Notes: generated from the letters alone by a model not told the origin. 64,000 nucleotides of DNA from an uncultured Ruminococcus sp. (GCA_902778725.1 CACYYS010000005.1:2335-66334), one strand, 5' to 3'. Counted from the stretch's first letter, positions 28,173 through 38,101 are shown. Program-made: numbers and translations.

Positions 28173-29665
28173 AAGCGATCAAAAAAGAAAAGATCCCGGA
28201 CGTTCTCGGCGGGATCGAGGAACGGTATGTAAGCGAAGCGGCGGCGTACGCCGCGGAAAAAGAGAGCGAAGCGTCCTTTGGCGCGGCCGTCCGCTTTGCG
28301 CCCGCGAAAAGGAAAAGCCCGAAGCTCGGGCGGGCGCTCGCCGCGGCGTGCCTTGCGCTCCTGCTGATCGGCTCCGCCGCGTTCGCGGTCGCCGCGGAGA
28401 GCGGAGAATACCGCGCGGCCGTCACGTTTTTTGAGGAGAACGGCCTCTCGGCGGAGGGCTTGAGCCGCGCCGAGGTGAAGGCGGTCTACCGCGACATCAC
28501 CGCGCAGCGCTTCACCTACGGGAAAACGGCGGAGGTGCTCCGCCGGACCGTGCCCGGCTGGGAGATCCGGCAGGACGCGCCCGCGCCGGAGGAGCTCTCC
28601 TCGCTCTGGGAGCGGAACGTCGAAAAGACCGGTCTACCCGGCGCGGGGATCCGCTACGAGCGGAGCTATCGGTACGAGCCGGACGCCGGAACGGGATTCA
28701 CCGTCCTCCAAAGCAGCACGCTCACCTGCCTTTCGGGCGAATCCGTGCTCTGGACCGCGACGTTCCCCAGCCTTTACCTTGACGGAAGCGCCCGCCTTGC
28801 AAACGCAACGGCGGCGTGGGGCTGGGAAGAGATCCCCGCCGACGGTACCTCCCGCGCGTGGCTCGCCCGCGTAGGGGAAGACGGAACGGTCCTCTGGCAG
28901 CGCCGGCCGGATCACGGCTTTTCGCGCGAGTATATCGCCGCGGTCCTCGAGAGCGGAGACGGCACTTGGGCGGTCGTCAGCCGGGGGGATCTGAAGTTTC
29001 TCTGCCTCAGCTCTTACGACGCCGACGGGAACGAGCTCGGCTTCCGGAAAACGGAGGTCGGCAATCTCGGGATTCGGAACGCCGCGCGGCTGGGCGACGG
29101 GTATATCGTCCAGCTCTGGAACGAAACCACCGGGGACACCGCGCTCCTCTGCAAGATGGACCGGGACGGTGCGCTGACCGACCGTTTTTCGTATGAGACC
29201 GATACCTGCTTTTACTATATCACGGATATGACCGAATACGAAGGGCGCGTCTACCTTTCCGCCTACGCCGTTCCCAAAGGACAGGACGAAGGCGGGAGGC
29301 ACGAGATCGCGGGCGTACTCGACCGGCTCTTCCCGGAAGAGGGCGAAATGCGGAATATCACCGACGAAGAACTGACGCCGATGGTCCGGGAAAACTACAC
29401 GGCGATCCTGCTCCTCTGCGATCCGGAGGGCGGCGAGCCGCAGACCTTCTACTCGGTCGCCGGGTCCCTCGGCGGGAGGCTGACCGTAACCGGCGCGGGC
29501 GAGCTTGAGTGGGACGTGAACGCCGTCGCCTCCGCCCATTTCTCCCCGCAGACCAGCATGTATTCGATCGACTGCACCTGCAAGGTCTACCGTTACGCCT
29601 TCGGCGCGGACGGCGCGCTCGTACGGCAGAGCGACACGGGCGAGACCGTCTCGCACGCGCGGTAA
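28169..29665 (+). CDS. Putative anti-sigma factor: single-pass membrane protein with large extracytoplasmic beta-propeller-like domain
   Basis: 498 aa; 4-nt overlap with the sigma gene. Cytoplasmic N-terminus, TM LAAACLALLLIGSAAFAVAA. Repeated DGT(V/W)..W-type segments. Confidence 0.65.
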   Translation: MKAIKKEKIPDVLGGIEERYVSEAAAYAAEKESEASFGAAVRFAPAKRKSPKLGRALAAACLALLLIGSAAFAVAAESGEYRAAVTFFEENGLSAEGLSRAEVKAVYRDITAQRFTYGKTAEVLRRTVPGWEIRQDAPAPEELSSLWERNVEKTGLPGAGIRYERSYRYEPDAGTGFTVLQSSTLTCLSGESVLWTATFPSLYLDGSARLANATAAWGWEEIPADGTSRAWLARVGEDGTVLWQRRPDHGFSREYIAAVLESGDGTWAVVSRGDLKFLCLSSYDADGNELGFRKTEVGNLGIRNAARLGDGYIVQLWNETTGDTALLCKMDRDGALTDRFSYETDTCFYYITDMTEYEGRVYLSAYAVPKGQDEGGRHEIAGVLDRLFPEEGEMRNITDEELTPMVRENYTAILLLCDPEGGEPQTFYSVAGSLGGRLTVTGAGELEWDVNAVASAHFSPQTSMYSIDCTCKVYRYAFGADGALVRQSDTGETVSHAR

Positions 29666-29684
29666 TGCGGCAAAAAACAGAAAG

Positions 29685-29717
29685 AAAAGCCGGGCGACCA
29701 GATCGCCCGGCTTTTTT
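29685..29717. terminator. Bidirectional terminator between convergent genes
   Basis: gccgggcga / tcgcccggc stem flanked by an A-run and a T6 run. Confidence 0.75.
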
Positions 29718-29752
29718 ACACGCTTTCGGCGCGCCGCTCGCTCAGGGGCGGA

Positions 29753-31762
29753 TCATTTCCTCAGCACCTCCGCGCCGTAGGGGGGCAGGACCGCCTCGGC
29801 GAGAGGCTCGCCGGTCCTGAGGAGGGTGAAGCCCTCTCCGAGGGAGAGACGTTTTTCTTTGCGGGAGAAGTTGAGGAGGAAGAAGAATTTTTCTCCCTTT
29901 TCGTTTTCCCGGACCTGGACGGAGACGCCGTCGGGGATCTCCGGAAGGGGGCTTTCCAGAGAGAGCTCACGCATCAGGCGGCGGTAGAACGCCTCGGAGA
30001 AGGCGCCGTCCGCGTCCCGGAAGGCGATATAGTACGCCTTCCCCTTCCCGTAGGCGTGGGCGGTGAGGCAGGGGGTGCCGGCGTAGAACTCCCCGCGGTA
30101 CTCGCCGAGGATCTCGGTATCCGCGTGGGGTTTGAGGACCTCGCAGTAGTCCTTTGCGCGGTAGGAGCCGCCGAGAGCGGAGATCTCCACCCGCTCCTCG
30201 GGATAGAGGGTGTCGAGCTCCTCCGCCCGCAGGCCGAAGACCTCGCAGAGTCCGGCGCCGGGGAAGCCGCCGAGATGGCAGAGGTCGTTCTCGTTCGTCT
30301 GGGCGAGCGTGTAGGTGGCGACGAGGGTGCCGCCCTCCCGCACAAACCCGGCGAGACGCTTTGCCGTTTCCTCCTCGCAGAGATAGGTCATCGGCGCCAC
30401 GAGGAGGGAGTACCCCTCAAAGCTCTCCCGGCGGCCGATGATATCGCAGGAGATCCCCGCGCGCCAGAAGGGGAGATACTGCCGCAGGAGCGTGGAGGCG
30501 ACCTGCTTGTTCTTCTTCTGCATCCCCTGCAGATCCTGCAGCGCCCAGACGTTGTCCCAGTCGTAGATCATCGCCACGCGCGGGCGGAGGGTACTGCCGA
30601 CGAGCGGAGAGAGACGCTCCAGCTCCTCGCCGAGCGCCGCGACCTCGGAGAACACGCGGGTGTCCTCCCTGCCGTAGTGGTCGACCACGGCGCCGTGCAT
30701 CTTCTCGCTCGAGCCGCGGCTCTTGCGCCACTGGAAATACTGCACGCTCTCCGAGCCGTGCGCCAGCGCCTGCAGGGAGGCGAGCCGCATCATGCCGGGG
30801 CGGTAGAGCTTGTTGATGTCCTTCCAGTTGGTATGGGAGGGGGTGGACTCCATCAAAAGGAAGTTTTCCCGCTTCATCGAGCGCATCAGGTCGTGGGTCA
30901 GGGCGATCCACGCCGCCGTCCCCTCGTCCCCCTCCGGCTTGCCCCAGTCGGGGTAGTTGTCCCAGGAGACGAAGTCGAAGGGCCGGGAGAGCTCCCGGTA
31001 GTCGAGCCCGGTGTAAAAGCCCATCAGGTTGGTCGTGACCGGGCGGTCGGAGAAGGCGCGCACCGCCTCGATCTCCACCCGGGCGAAGTCCGCCGTCTGC
31101 GCGGTGACAAAGCGCTTCCAGTCCAGCGTGAGCCCGTGGACGCAGGTCTCGCCGATGGAGGAGGGGGGCTCGATCTCCGAAAAGGAGTTCGCCCTGTGGC
31201 TCCAGAAGCGGGTCCACCACTCGGCGTTGAGGCGGTCGATCGTGCCGTACTTCTTCTCAAGGAAGGCGCAGAACGCCTCCCGGCAGAGGGGGCAGTGGCA
31301 CTCGCCGTTGAACTCGTTGGAGATATGCCAGGCGAGGAGCGCGGGGTGACGGCCGTAACGCTCGGAGAGCTTGCGGTCGATCTCCGCGACCTTCTCCCGG
31401 TAGACGGGGGAGGTGTAGCAGTGGTTTTCCCGGCGGCCGTAGACCGCCTTGCGCCGGTCCTCCAGCGTGCGCAGGATCTCCGGATATTTTTCCGCCATCC
31501 AGCGCGGCATCGCGCCGGAGGGGGTGGAGAGGATGATCTTCACGCCGTTTTTCTCCGCTTTTTCGAAGATCGCGTCGGTCACGGAGAAGTCGAAAACGCC
31601 CTCCTCCGGCTCCAGCTCCGCGAAGGAGAAAACGCCGACCGTCGCCTCGTTCCAGCGGGCGAGGCGCATCAGTCGCATATCCTCGTCCCAGATCTCCGGC
31701 GTCTCCCGCCACTGCTCGGGGTTGTAATCGCCGCCGAAGATGATCTTATCGCTCAGTTTCAT
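29753..31762 (-). CDS. Beta-galactosidase, glycoside hydrolase family 42
   Basis: 669 aa; N-terminus IFGGDYNPEQW and overall GH42 layout. Confidence 0.92.
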   Translation of the reverse strand: MKLSDKIIFGGDYNPEQWRETPEIWDEDMRLMRLARWNEATVGVFSFAELEPEEGVFDFSVTDAIFEKAEKNGVKIILSTPSGAMPRWMAEKYPEILRTLEDRRKAVYGRRENHCYTSPVYREKVAEIDRKLSERYGRHPALLAWHISNEFNGECHCPLCREAFCAFLEKKYGTIDRLNAEWWTRFWSHRANSFSEIEPPSSIGETCVHGLTLDWKRFVTAQTADFARVEIEAVRAFSDRPVTTNLMGFYTGLDYRELSRPFDFVSWDNYPDWGKPEGDEGTAAWIALTHDLMRSMKRENFLLMESTPSHTNWKDINKLYRPGMMRLASLQALAHGSESVQYFQWRKSRGSSEKMHGAVVDHYGREDTRVFSEVAALGEELERLSPLVGSTLRPRVAMIYDWDNVWALQDLQGMQKKNKQVASTLLRQYLPFWRAGISCDIIGRRESFEGYSLLVAPMTYLCEEETAKRLAGFVREGGTLVATYTLAQTNENDLCHLGGFPGAGLCEVFGLRAEELDTLYPEERVEISALGGSYRAKDYCEVLKPHADTEILGEYRGEFYAGTPCLTAHAYGKGKAYYIAFRDADGAFSEAFYRRLMRELSLESPLPEIPDGVSVQVRENEKGEKFFFLLNFSRKEKRLSLGEGFTLLRTGEPLAEAVLPPYGAEVLRK

Positions 31763-31826
31763 TTCTTTTTCCTTTCCGTCTTCCGATCTTTTATTGTAAG
31801 TATTGTAAGTCCGCCGCGCGGACGGG

Positions 31827-32642
31827 TCACCGGACGTGATAGATCCGCTCGATCAGAGCGGAGGAGAGGCCGGAGGGCAGGAGCTTCAGAAGGAGGCAGA
31901 CCGCCTTGTAGGAAAAGCCGATCGCGTAAAGGGGCTTCACACGGCGGCGCTCCGCCAGGCGGGCGATGAAGCGTCCCGCCCGCGCGGGATCCATCCCGCC
32001 CCGCTCGTCCCGCTCCATCTGCGAGACGGCGCGCCCGATCGCCTCCCCGTAGACGGCGGCGCCTTCCCCGTTCTTTTCCCGCGCGTCGGTAAATCCGGTC
32101 CGGACGTCGCCCGGCATCACCGCGCAGACGGAAACGCCGGAGGACCGGAGCTCCCCCCGCAGGGCGCGGGTGAGGGCGTTGACGGCGGCCTTGGAGGCGG
32201 AGTAGTCCGCCTGGAAGGGGATGGGCGCGAGCGCGGCGACCGAGCTCACGTTGACGATCCGGCCGCGCGACGCCCGCAAAAGGGGGAGCGCGGCGCGCGT
32301 GACCGCCTCGACGCCGAAGTAGTTGACGGAGAACTGCCGCGCGCACTCCTCCGGGGAGAGGAACTCCACCGCGCCGGAGACGCCTGCGCCCGCGTTGTTG
32401 ACGAGCAAGTCCAGCCTGCCGCCGGTCTCCCCGGCGAGCGCGCGCAGAGCGGCGTCGACGGAGGCGGGATCCGTCACGTCGCAGAAAAGACGGCGCACGC
32501 CCGCCCGCTCCGGCGTCTCCCGCCGGGAAAGGTCGAAAACGCGCCAGCCCCGCGCGGCGAGCGCCGCGGCGGTCTCCCGCCCGATGCCGGAGCTCGCCCC
32601 GGTCACGGCGGCGAACCGGACCGCTCCCTCCGTTTTTCCCAT
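31827..32642 (-). CDS. Short-chain dehydrogenase/reductase (SDR)
   Basis: 271 aa; VTGASSGIG cofactor motif and YSASKAA catalytic motif. Confidence 0.9.
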   Translation of the reverse strand: MGKTEGAVRFAAVTGASSGIGRETAAALAARGWRVFDLSRRETPERAGVRRLFCDVTDPASVDAALRALAGETGGRLDLLVNNAGAGVSGAVEFLSPEECARQFSVNYFGVEAVTRAALPLLRASRGRIVNVSSVAALAPIPFQADYSASKAAVNALTRALRGELRSSGVSVCAVMPGDVRTGFTDAREKNGEGAAVYGEAIGRAVSQMERDERGGMDPARAGRFIARLAERRRVKPLYAIGFSYKAVCLLLKLLPSGLSSALIERIYHVR

Positions 32643-32772
32643 ATCCGTCCCTCTTTCCGGGATCGCTCCCGTTTTTCCTCTTTGAGTATACCAGTTTTCC
32701 CGGCGTTTTGCAAGAGGCGGGGGAAAAAAGCGGAGCCCGGCTCTCTTTTTTTCCCGGAGCGTCCGCTCCCCA

Positions 32773-32801
32773 TTGACAGCGGATCCTTTTGATGCTACAA
32801 T
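32773..32801 (+). promoter_or_regulatory. Sigma-70-type promoter (TTGACA, 17 nt, TACAAT)
   Basis: Read directly, 30 nt upstream of the hydrolase lipoprotein start. Confidence 0.65.
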
Positions 32802-32833
32802 AGATTTGCGATATCCGAAAAAGGAGGACCGTG

Positions 32834-34078
32834 ATGAAGCGTCTTTTCTCCATCCTCTTACTTGCCGCTCTGCTGTTCTGCCCTTCCTGCGCCGCGCCGC
32901 AGGAGCCCGCGCCGCCGGAGGAAAGCTCTCCCCCGGAGGAGACCGCGCCCGCCGGAGAAGGTCTGACCGTCGCCGACGGGGAGGGCGCGTATTACGTCTT
33001 TGTCGTCCCGTCCGGCGCCGCCGCCCTGCGCGAGCAGGCGTCCCGGATGAAGGGCGAGGGCTACGCCGTCAGCGGCCGGCAGCTTTTCATCCGTACGGAG
33101 GGGAGCGCCGATCCCGAGGAAAAGGAGATCCTCCTCGGCAAAACGGACCGTCCCGAATCGCAGACGGCGGGCGAGGGACTCGGCATCGCCGAGTACCGGA
33201 TCACCGTGATCGGGGAAAAGATCGTGGTCGCCGGCGGCTCGAACGCCGCGGCGTGCGAAGGAGCGAAACGGCTCTATCAGGAATATTTCAAGAACGCGAA
33301 GGACCGGATCTCGATCCCCCGCGATCTGGAGGAAAGAGGAAGGTGCGAGATGCTTTCAAACGATTTCAAAGCGGGCTGGAACCCCGCGGTCTTCCCGGCG
33401 GAAAACGGGATCGAGCTGCTCTACCAGCTCTGGCTCCCGAAAAACTACGATCCCGAAAAGAGCTACGGCTGCCTGTTCTTCCTGCACAGCGCCGGCGTGC
33501 GCTGCGACGACAACTCCCACATCTACACGGGAGAGGCGAAGTTTTTGCGGAATCTGGAAAAGAGCGGGTACGCGGAGGAGATGATCGTCGTCGCGCCCTG
33601 CTGCCCGAAAACCGCGCAATGGGTCCCCGCGAAAGGGTGGAAAAATTTGAAGTATCCCTTCTCCGAGCTGGAGCCGACCCCCTATATGACGGCGGCGTGG
33701 GAGCTGTTTGAGACGACGCTCGCCTCCCTCTCCGTCGACCGCTCGCGCCTCTACGCCTACGGCATGAGCATGGGCGCCTTCGGCGTGTACGACACGCTCG
33801 TCCGCCACCCCGGGATCTTTGCCGGAGCGGCGCTCGCCGCCGGAGCGGGAGACGCCGACCACGCCGACCGGTACGACACGCCGCTCTGGATCTTCCACGG
33901 GACGGCGGACACCGTGGTCCCCTACGAGAGCGCGACGCTGATGCGCGACGCCCTCAAAGAGAAAAAACCGGATCTGGAGGTGCGCTTTACCACCTTTGAA
34001 GGCGCCGGTCACGGCATCTGGGCCGCGACGGCGGATACCGGGGGGCTCTTTGACTGGCTTTTCACCAAAAGACGCTGA
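32834..34078 (+). CDS. Lipoprotein with C-terminal alpha/beta-hydrolase (esterase/peptidase S9-like) domain
   Basis: aaggagg RBS 6 nt before ATG 32834. Lipobox FCPSC; nucleophile elbow GMSMGAFG; IFHGTADTVVP. The C-domain is paralogous to 47771..48547. Confidence 0.8.
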   Translation: MKRLFSILLLAALLFCPSCAAPQEPAPPEESSPPEETAPAGEGLTVADGEGAYYVFVVPSGAAALREQASRMKGEGYAVSGRQLFIRTEGSADPEEKEILLGKTDRPESQTAGEGLGIAEYRITVIGEKIVVAGGSNAAACEGAKRLYQEYFKNAKDRISIPRDLEERGRCEMLSNDFKAGWNPAVFPAENGIELLYQLWLPKNYDPEKSYGCLFFLHSAGVRCDDNSHIYTGEAKFLRNLEKSGYAEEMIVVAPCCPKTAQWVPAKGWKNLKYPFSELEPTPYMTAAWELFETTLASLSVDRSRLYAYGMSMGAFGVYDTLVRHPGIFAGAALAAGAGDADHADRYDTPLWIFHGTADTVVPYESATLMRDALKEKKPDLEVRFTTFEGAGHGIWAATADTGGLFDWLFTKRR

Positions 34079-34088
34079 AAAACACGGA

Positions 34089-34140
34089 GAAGGGCGGGAA
34101 AAACCGGAAAAACCGGCTTTTCCCGCCTTCTTTTGCCTTT
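34089..34140 (+). terminator. Rho-independent terminator
   Basis: gaagggcgggaaaa / ttttcccgccttc stem, then a T-rich tail. Confidence 0.65.
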
Positions 34141-34159
34141 TTCCGTCTCTTTTCCCCGC

Positions 34160-34188
34160 TTGACAGACGCCGCAAAAACCCTTATAAT
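34160..34188 (+). promoter_or_regulatory. Sigma-70 consensus promoter (TTGACA, 17 nt, TATAAT)
   Basis: Read directly, upstream of the CNNM pair. Confidence 0.7.
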
Positions 34189-34262
34189 AAATCATAATAT
34201 GCAGAAAAACGGTATTTGCTCCGGCAAAAATTTCACCGCTGAAAGGACGATGATCTCCCTAC

Positions 34263-35606
34263 ATGGACGGCGACAGTTGGCCGCGTATCCTTCTCTATCT
34301 CCTGTTTTTGCTCGGCGGGGCGTATTTCGCCGCCGCCGAAAGCGCCTACTCGGCGGCAAATAAGATCCGTCTCCGCGCGATGGCGGAGGACGGAGACAAA
34401 AAGGCAAAGAGCGCCCTCGCGATCTCCGCGGAGTTCGACCGGGCGCTGACGACCCTCCTGATCGGCACCAATATCATGCACATCGGCTGCGCCTCCCTCT
34501 CCACCGTGCTGGGACTCGCCGTGTGGGAAAAGATCTACGGCGCCGGCACGGGCGAGGGTCTTGTCACGACCTACTCGACGGTCATCACGACCGTCCTCGT
34601 CTTCTTTGTGAGCGAGCTGATCCCGAAGTCCTTTGCCAAGGCGGACGCGGAAAAGACCGCCTGCTCGCTCGCGGGGTCTCTCCGGGTGATCATGACCCTG
34701 CTCTTCCCCGCCGCGTTCCTCTTCCAGGGGATCTCGAAGCTCCTCAAAAAGATCCTGCCTCCCTCCGACGACCCGACCTACACCGAGGACGAGCTCGTCA
34801 CGATCATCGAAAACGGCGAGGAGGAAGGGGTGCTCGACGAGGAGCGCAGCGATCTCCTGCAATCGGCGATCGAATTCTCCGACACCGCGGTCTCCGAGGT
34901 AATGACCGTGCGCGAGGATATGGAGGCGCTCGATATCCGCCTCCCGAAGGAAAAGATCCTCGAGGCGATCAAAAAGACCCGCCACTCCCGCATCCCGATC
35001 TACGAAAACGATCCGGACAACGTGATCGGCGTCCTGCCGATCCGGACCTTTTTACGCAAATACATCTCCCGCGACCGGCTGGACGTGCGTTCCATCCTCT
35101 ACCGGCCGCTTATCGTCGCGCCCGATACCCCGATCCACGGCCTCTTTGACACGATGCGCAGCTCCAAGATCTACATGGCGGTCGTGCGGGACGAGGAGGG
35201 GCGCACCCTCGGCATCGCCACGATCGAGGACTTCCTCGAGGAGCTGGTCGGCGAGATCTGGGACGAGGGCGACGTGGTGGACGAGAACTTCATCAAGCTC
35301 GGCGGCTACGCCTACGACGTCAGCGCGTCGATGACCGTCGGCGAGGCGCTCGGCCGGATGGGGATCCGGACAAAGGACCCCCGCCTCAAGCAAAAACCGC
35401 TCGGCGTCTGGATGATCGAGACGCTCGGTCACTTCCCCGAGGAGGAGGAGAGCTTCCGCTACGGGTCCCTTACCGTGGAGGCCTCCGACTTTGACGGAGA
35501 GGGCAAGCTCTCCCGCGTGATCCTGCGCCTGCGCGTGCCCGACAAAAAGAAAAAACCGGAGCTCTCCCCCCCTCCCGCTCCCGCCGCAAAGGAGGGTGCG
35601 AAATGA
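34263..35606 (+). CDS. CNNM/CorC-family protein (DUF21-CBS-CorC_HlyC), paralog 1
   Basis: 447 aa; DUF21 TM block, CBS pair, C-terminal transporter-associated domain. Confidence 0.88.
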   Translation: MDGDSWPRILLYLLFLLGGAYFAAAESAYSAANKIRLRAMAEDGDKKAKSALAISAEFDRALTTLLIGTNIMHIGCASLSTVLGLAVWEKIYGAGTGEGLVTTYSTVITTVLVFFVSELIPKSFAKADAEKTACSLAGSLRVIMTLLFPAAFLFQGISKLLKKILPPSDDPTYTEDELVTIIENGEEEGVLDEERSDLLQSAIEFSDTAVSEVMTVREDMEALDIRLPKEKILEAIKKTRHSRIPIYENDPDNVIGVLPIRTFLRKYISRDRLDVRSILYRPLIVAPDTPIHGLFDTMRSSKIYMAVVRDEEGRTLGIATIEDFLEELVGEIWDEGDVVDENFIKLGGYAYDVSASMTVGEALGRMGIRTKDPRLKQKPLGVWMIETLGHFPEEEESFRYGSLTVEASDFDGEGKLSRVILRLRVPDKKKKPELSPPPAPAAKEGAK

Positions 35607-36889
35607 GCCGTCCTCTCCAGTATCTGATCGTCGCCGTCTGCGTCCTGCTCTCCGCCTTTTTCTCCGGCTCGGAGCTGGCGCTGACCGCGGCAAACAAGCT
35701 CCGCCTCTCCAAGGCGGCGGAGGATGGCGACAAAAAAGCGCGCCTCGCGCTGAAGGTCTCCTCCGACTATGACCGGATGCTCTCCGGGGTCCTGATCGGC
35801 AACAACCTCGTCAACATCCTCTGCTCCTCCGTCTCCACCCTGATCTTCCTGCGCCTGATCCCCGCGAACGCCGAGCTCGCCGCCGCCGTCTCCACCGCGG
35901 TGATGACGGTCGTGATCCTGATCTTCGGCGAGATCACGCCGAAGCTGATCGCAAAAAGCAAGCCGGACGCGGTCGCCCGTCTCGTGGCGCTCCCGATCTG
36001 GGTCACGGTCCTGCTCTTCTACCCCCTGATCCTCGTCTCCACCGCGCTGATCCGGCTGATCGCCCGCGCGCACAGGAAGGATCCGGACGAGCCGGAGCCC
36101 ACCGTCACCGAGGACGAGCTCGTCAGCATCATCGAGACGGCGGAGGAGGAGAAGGTCATCGACGAGGGCAGCAGCGAGATCCTGCAGTCGGCGATCGAAT
36201 TCCACGAGACCACCCTCGGCGAGATCCTGACCCCCCGGGCCGACATGGTCTCCCTCGATATCGAGGACGACCCGCGGGAGATCCTCTCCGTCGCGATGAA
36301 GTCCCCCTATTCCCGCCTCCCCGTCTACCGCGACAGCATCGACGGGATCGTCGGCGTGCTCCATCTCAACAACTATTTCAAGGAAGCGGCGGAAAAAGGG
36401 TGCGAGAACGTCGACCTCGCCGCCCTCTGCACCGAGCCGATCTTCTTCCACAAGGCGATGCACCTCCCCGCCGCCCTGCGCCAGATGCGCGCAAAGCAGC
36501 AGCACCTCGCCATCGTCACGGACGAGTTCGGCGGTACGCTGGGGCTCGTGACGCTCGAGGACATCCTCGAGGAGATCGTCGGCGACATCTGGGACGAGAG
36601 CGACGAGATCAAGACCGAGCTCGTCAAAACGGCGGAGAACACCTACGAGGTCTCCGGCGATATGAACGTCTCCGACTTCTTTGAAGAGCTGGAGGTGGAC
36701 GACCGGGACTTCGAGTCCGACTACACCACCGTCGGCGGCTGGGCGATCGAGATGCTCGAGGGCGAGCCGCACGAGGGCGACAGCTTCACCTATAAAAACC
36801 TCTGCATCATCGTCGCCGAGATGGCGGATATGCGGGTGATGAAGCTCACGGTCCTTCTCACACCGCAAGAGGAGGAAGACGGAGAATAA
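35603..36889 (+). CDS. CNNM/CorC-family protein, paralog 2
   Basis: 428 aa; ATGA overlap with paralog 1; same domain order; roughly 45 percent identity by eye in the N-terminal region. Confidence 0.88.
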   Translation: MSRPLQYLIVAVCVLLSAFFSGSELALTAANKLRLSKAAEDGDKKARLALKVSSDYDRMLSGVLIGNNLVNILCSSVSTLIFLRLIPANAELAAAVSTAVMTVVILIFGEITPKLIAKSKPDAVARLVALPIWVTVLLFYPLILVSTALIRLIARAHRKDPDEPEPTVTEDELVSIIETAEEEKVIDEGSSEILQSAIEFHETTLGEILTPRADMVSLDIEDDPREILSVAMKSPYSRLPVYRDSIDGIVGVLHLNNYFKEAAEKGCENVDLAALCTEPIFFHKAMHLPAALRQMRAKQQHLAIVTDEFGGTLGLVTLEDILEEIVGDIWDESDEIKTELVKTAENTYEVSGDMNVSDFFEELEVDDRDFESDYTTVGGWAIEMLEGEPHEGDSFTYKNLCIIVAEMADMRVMKLTVLLTPQEEEDGE

Positions 36890-36907
36890 CCTCCGGACAC
36901 GCGCTTT

Positions 36908-37480
36908 ATGGACTTTCTTCACGACGTCCTGCCGCATATTTTCGGAGGGGTCTCCGCTCTCCTCAACATTTTTTCCTATCAGTTCAAGGATATGCGGCGG
37001 CTCCTCTTTCTTCAGATCGCGTCGAGTCTGCTTCTGATCGGGCAGTTCTTTTTCCTCGGCGCCGCCGCCGGCGCCCTCACCAACCTTACGGGGATCCTGA
37101 TGCGGATCGCCGTCTACCTGCGCGCAAAAAAGGGACTCCTGCCCGGGGAAAAGGAGGGGCGCTCCGCCCTGCTCTCCCCCTGGGCGTGGGGCTTTGCCTC
37201 CCTCTTCCTTCTCGTCGCCGTCTTCACCTATCGGGGACCGCTCACCCTGCTCTCCCCCCTCTCGATGGTCTTTTTCACCTTTTCCGTCTGGCACGCAGAT
37301 CCCGTCGTGATGCGCAGGGTCAACTTTTTCCTCTGCGCGCCGATGTGGATCGCCTACAACATCTATACGCACGCGTGGATGGGGCTGATCACCGACGCGA
37401 TGCTGATGATCTCGATCCTCGTCTCCTTTTTCCGGTTCTTCCGCCGCTCCCGCCGGACTCCCGTCCCGCCCGCCTCCTGA
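36908..37480 (+). CDS. YgjV-family inner membrane protein, paralog 1
   Basis: 190 aa; 5-6 TM; NIFSYQFKDMRRLLFLQIASS block. Confidence 0.75.
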   Translation: MDFLHDVLPHIFGGVSALLNIFSYQFKDMRRLLFLQIASSLLLIGQFFFLGAAAGALTNLTGILMRIAVYLRAKKGLLPGEKEGRSALLSPWAWGFASLFLLVAVFTYRGPLTLLSPLSMVFFTFSVWHADPVVMRRVNFFLCAPMWIAYNIYTHAWMGLITDAMLMISILVSFFRFFRRSRRTPVPPAS

Positions 37481-37505
37481 TCCTTCCGAAAGAAGCTTCC
37501 GCCTT

Positions 37506-38057
37506 ATGAATTTTTTCCACGATATCCTCCCCCATATCCTCGGCGGGCTCGGCTCCTGCCTGATCATCTTTTCCTTTCAGTTCAAGGATATGCGGCGGCT
37601 CCTTTTTCTCCAGATCGCGTCGAGCCTGCTTTTCGGTCTGCAGTTCGTCTTTCTCGGCGCGTGGTCCGGCGCTCTGACCAACGCCGTCGGCTGTCTCCTG
37701 CGGATCGCCGTCTATCTGCGCGCGCAGCGGGGCTCCCTGCCGGGAGAAAAGCCGGACGCCTCCCCCTTCCTCTCCCCCTGGGCGTGGGGGTTCGTCCTGC
37801 TCTTTTCCGCCATCGCCGCCTTCACCTACGCCGGTCCCCTCTCCCTCCTGCCGCCCGCCTCGATGATCGTCTTCACCTTTGCCGTCTGGCGCTCGGATCC
37901 CGTCCTCCTGCGGCGGCTCAACCTCTTTGCCTGCTCGCCGATGTGGCTGATCTACAACGTCTTCACCCGCGCCTGGGCCGGCGTGTTCACCGAGACGATG
38001 GTCATCCTCTCGATCATCATTTCCTATCTCCGCTTTTTCACCCGCAAAAAGGCCTGA
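37506..38057 (+). CDS. YgjV-family inner membrane protein, paralog 2
   Basis: 183 aa; about 60 percent identical by eye to paralog 1, with a near-identical 50-nt block around FKDMRRLLFLQIASSLL. Confidence 0.75.
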   Translation: MNFFHDILPHILGGLGSCLIIFSFQFKDMRRLLFLQIASSLLFGLQFVFLGAWSGALTNAVGCLLRIAVYLRAQRGSLPGEKPDASPFLSPWAWGFVLLFSAIAAFTYAGPLSLLPPASMIVFTFAVWRSDPVLLRRLNLFACSPMWLIYNVFTRAWAGVFTETMVILSIIISYLRFFTRKKA

Positions 38058-38072
38058 CTCTCCCGCGCGTCC

Positions 38073-38101
38073 GTCCCCGCCGGACCGGCGGGGACGTTTT
38101 T
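38073..38101 (+). terminator. Rho-independent terminator
   Basis: gtccccgccgg / ccggcggggac stem followed by ttttt. Confidence 0.75.

Noticed and set aside
34189-34262. M-box or other metal riboswitch ahead of the CNNM genes
   Set aside because: The leader is only about 74 nt and lacks the length and conserved helices of an M-box.
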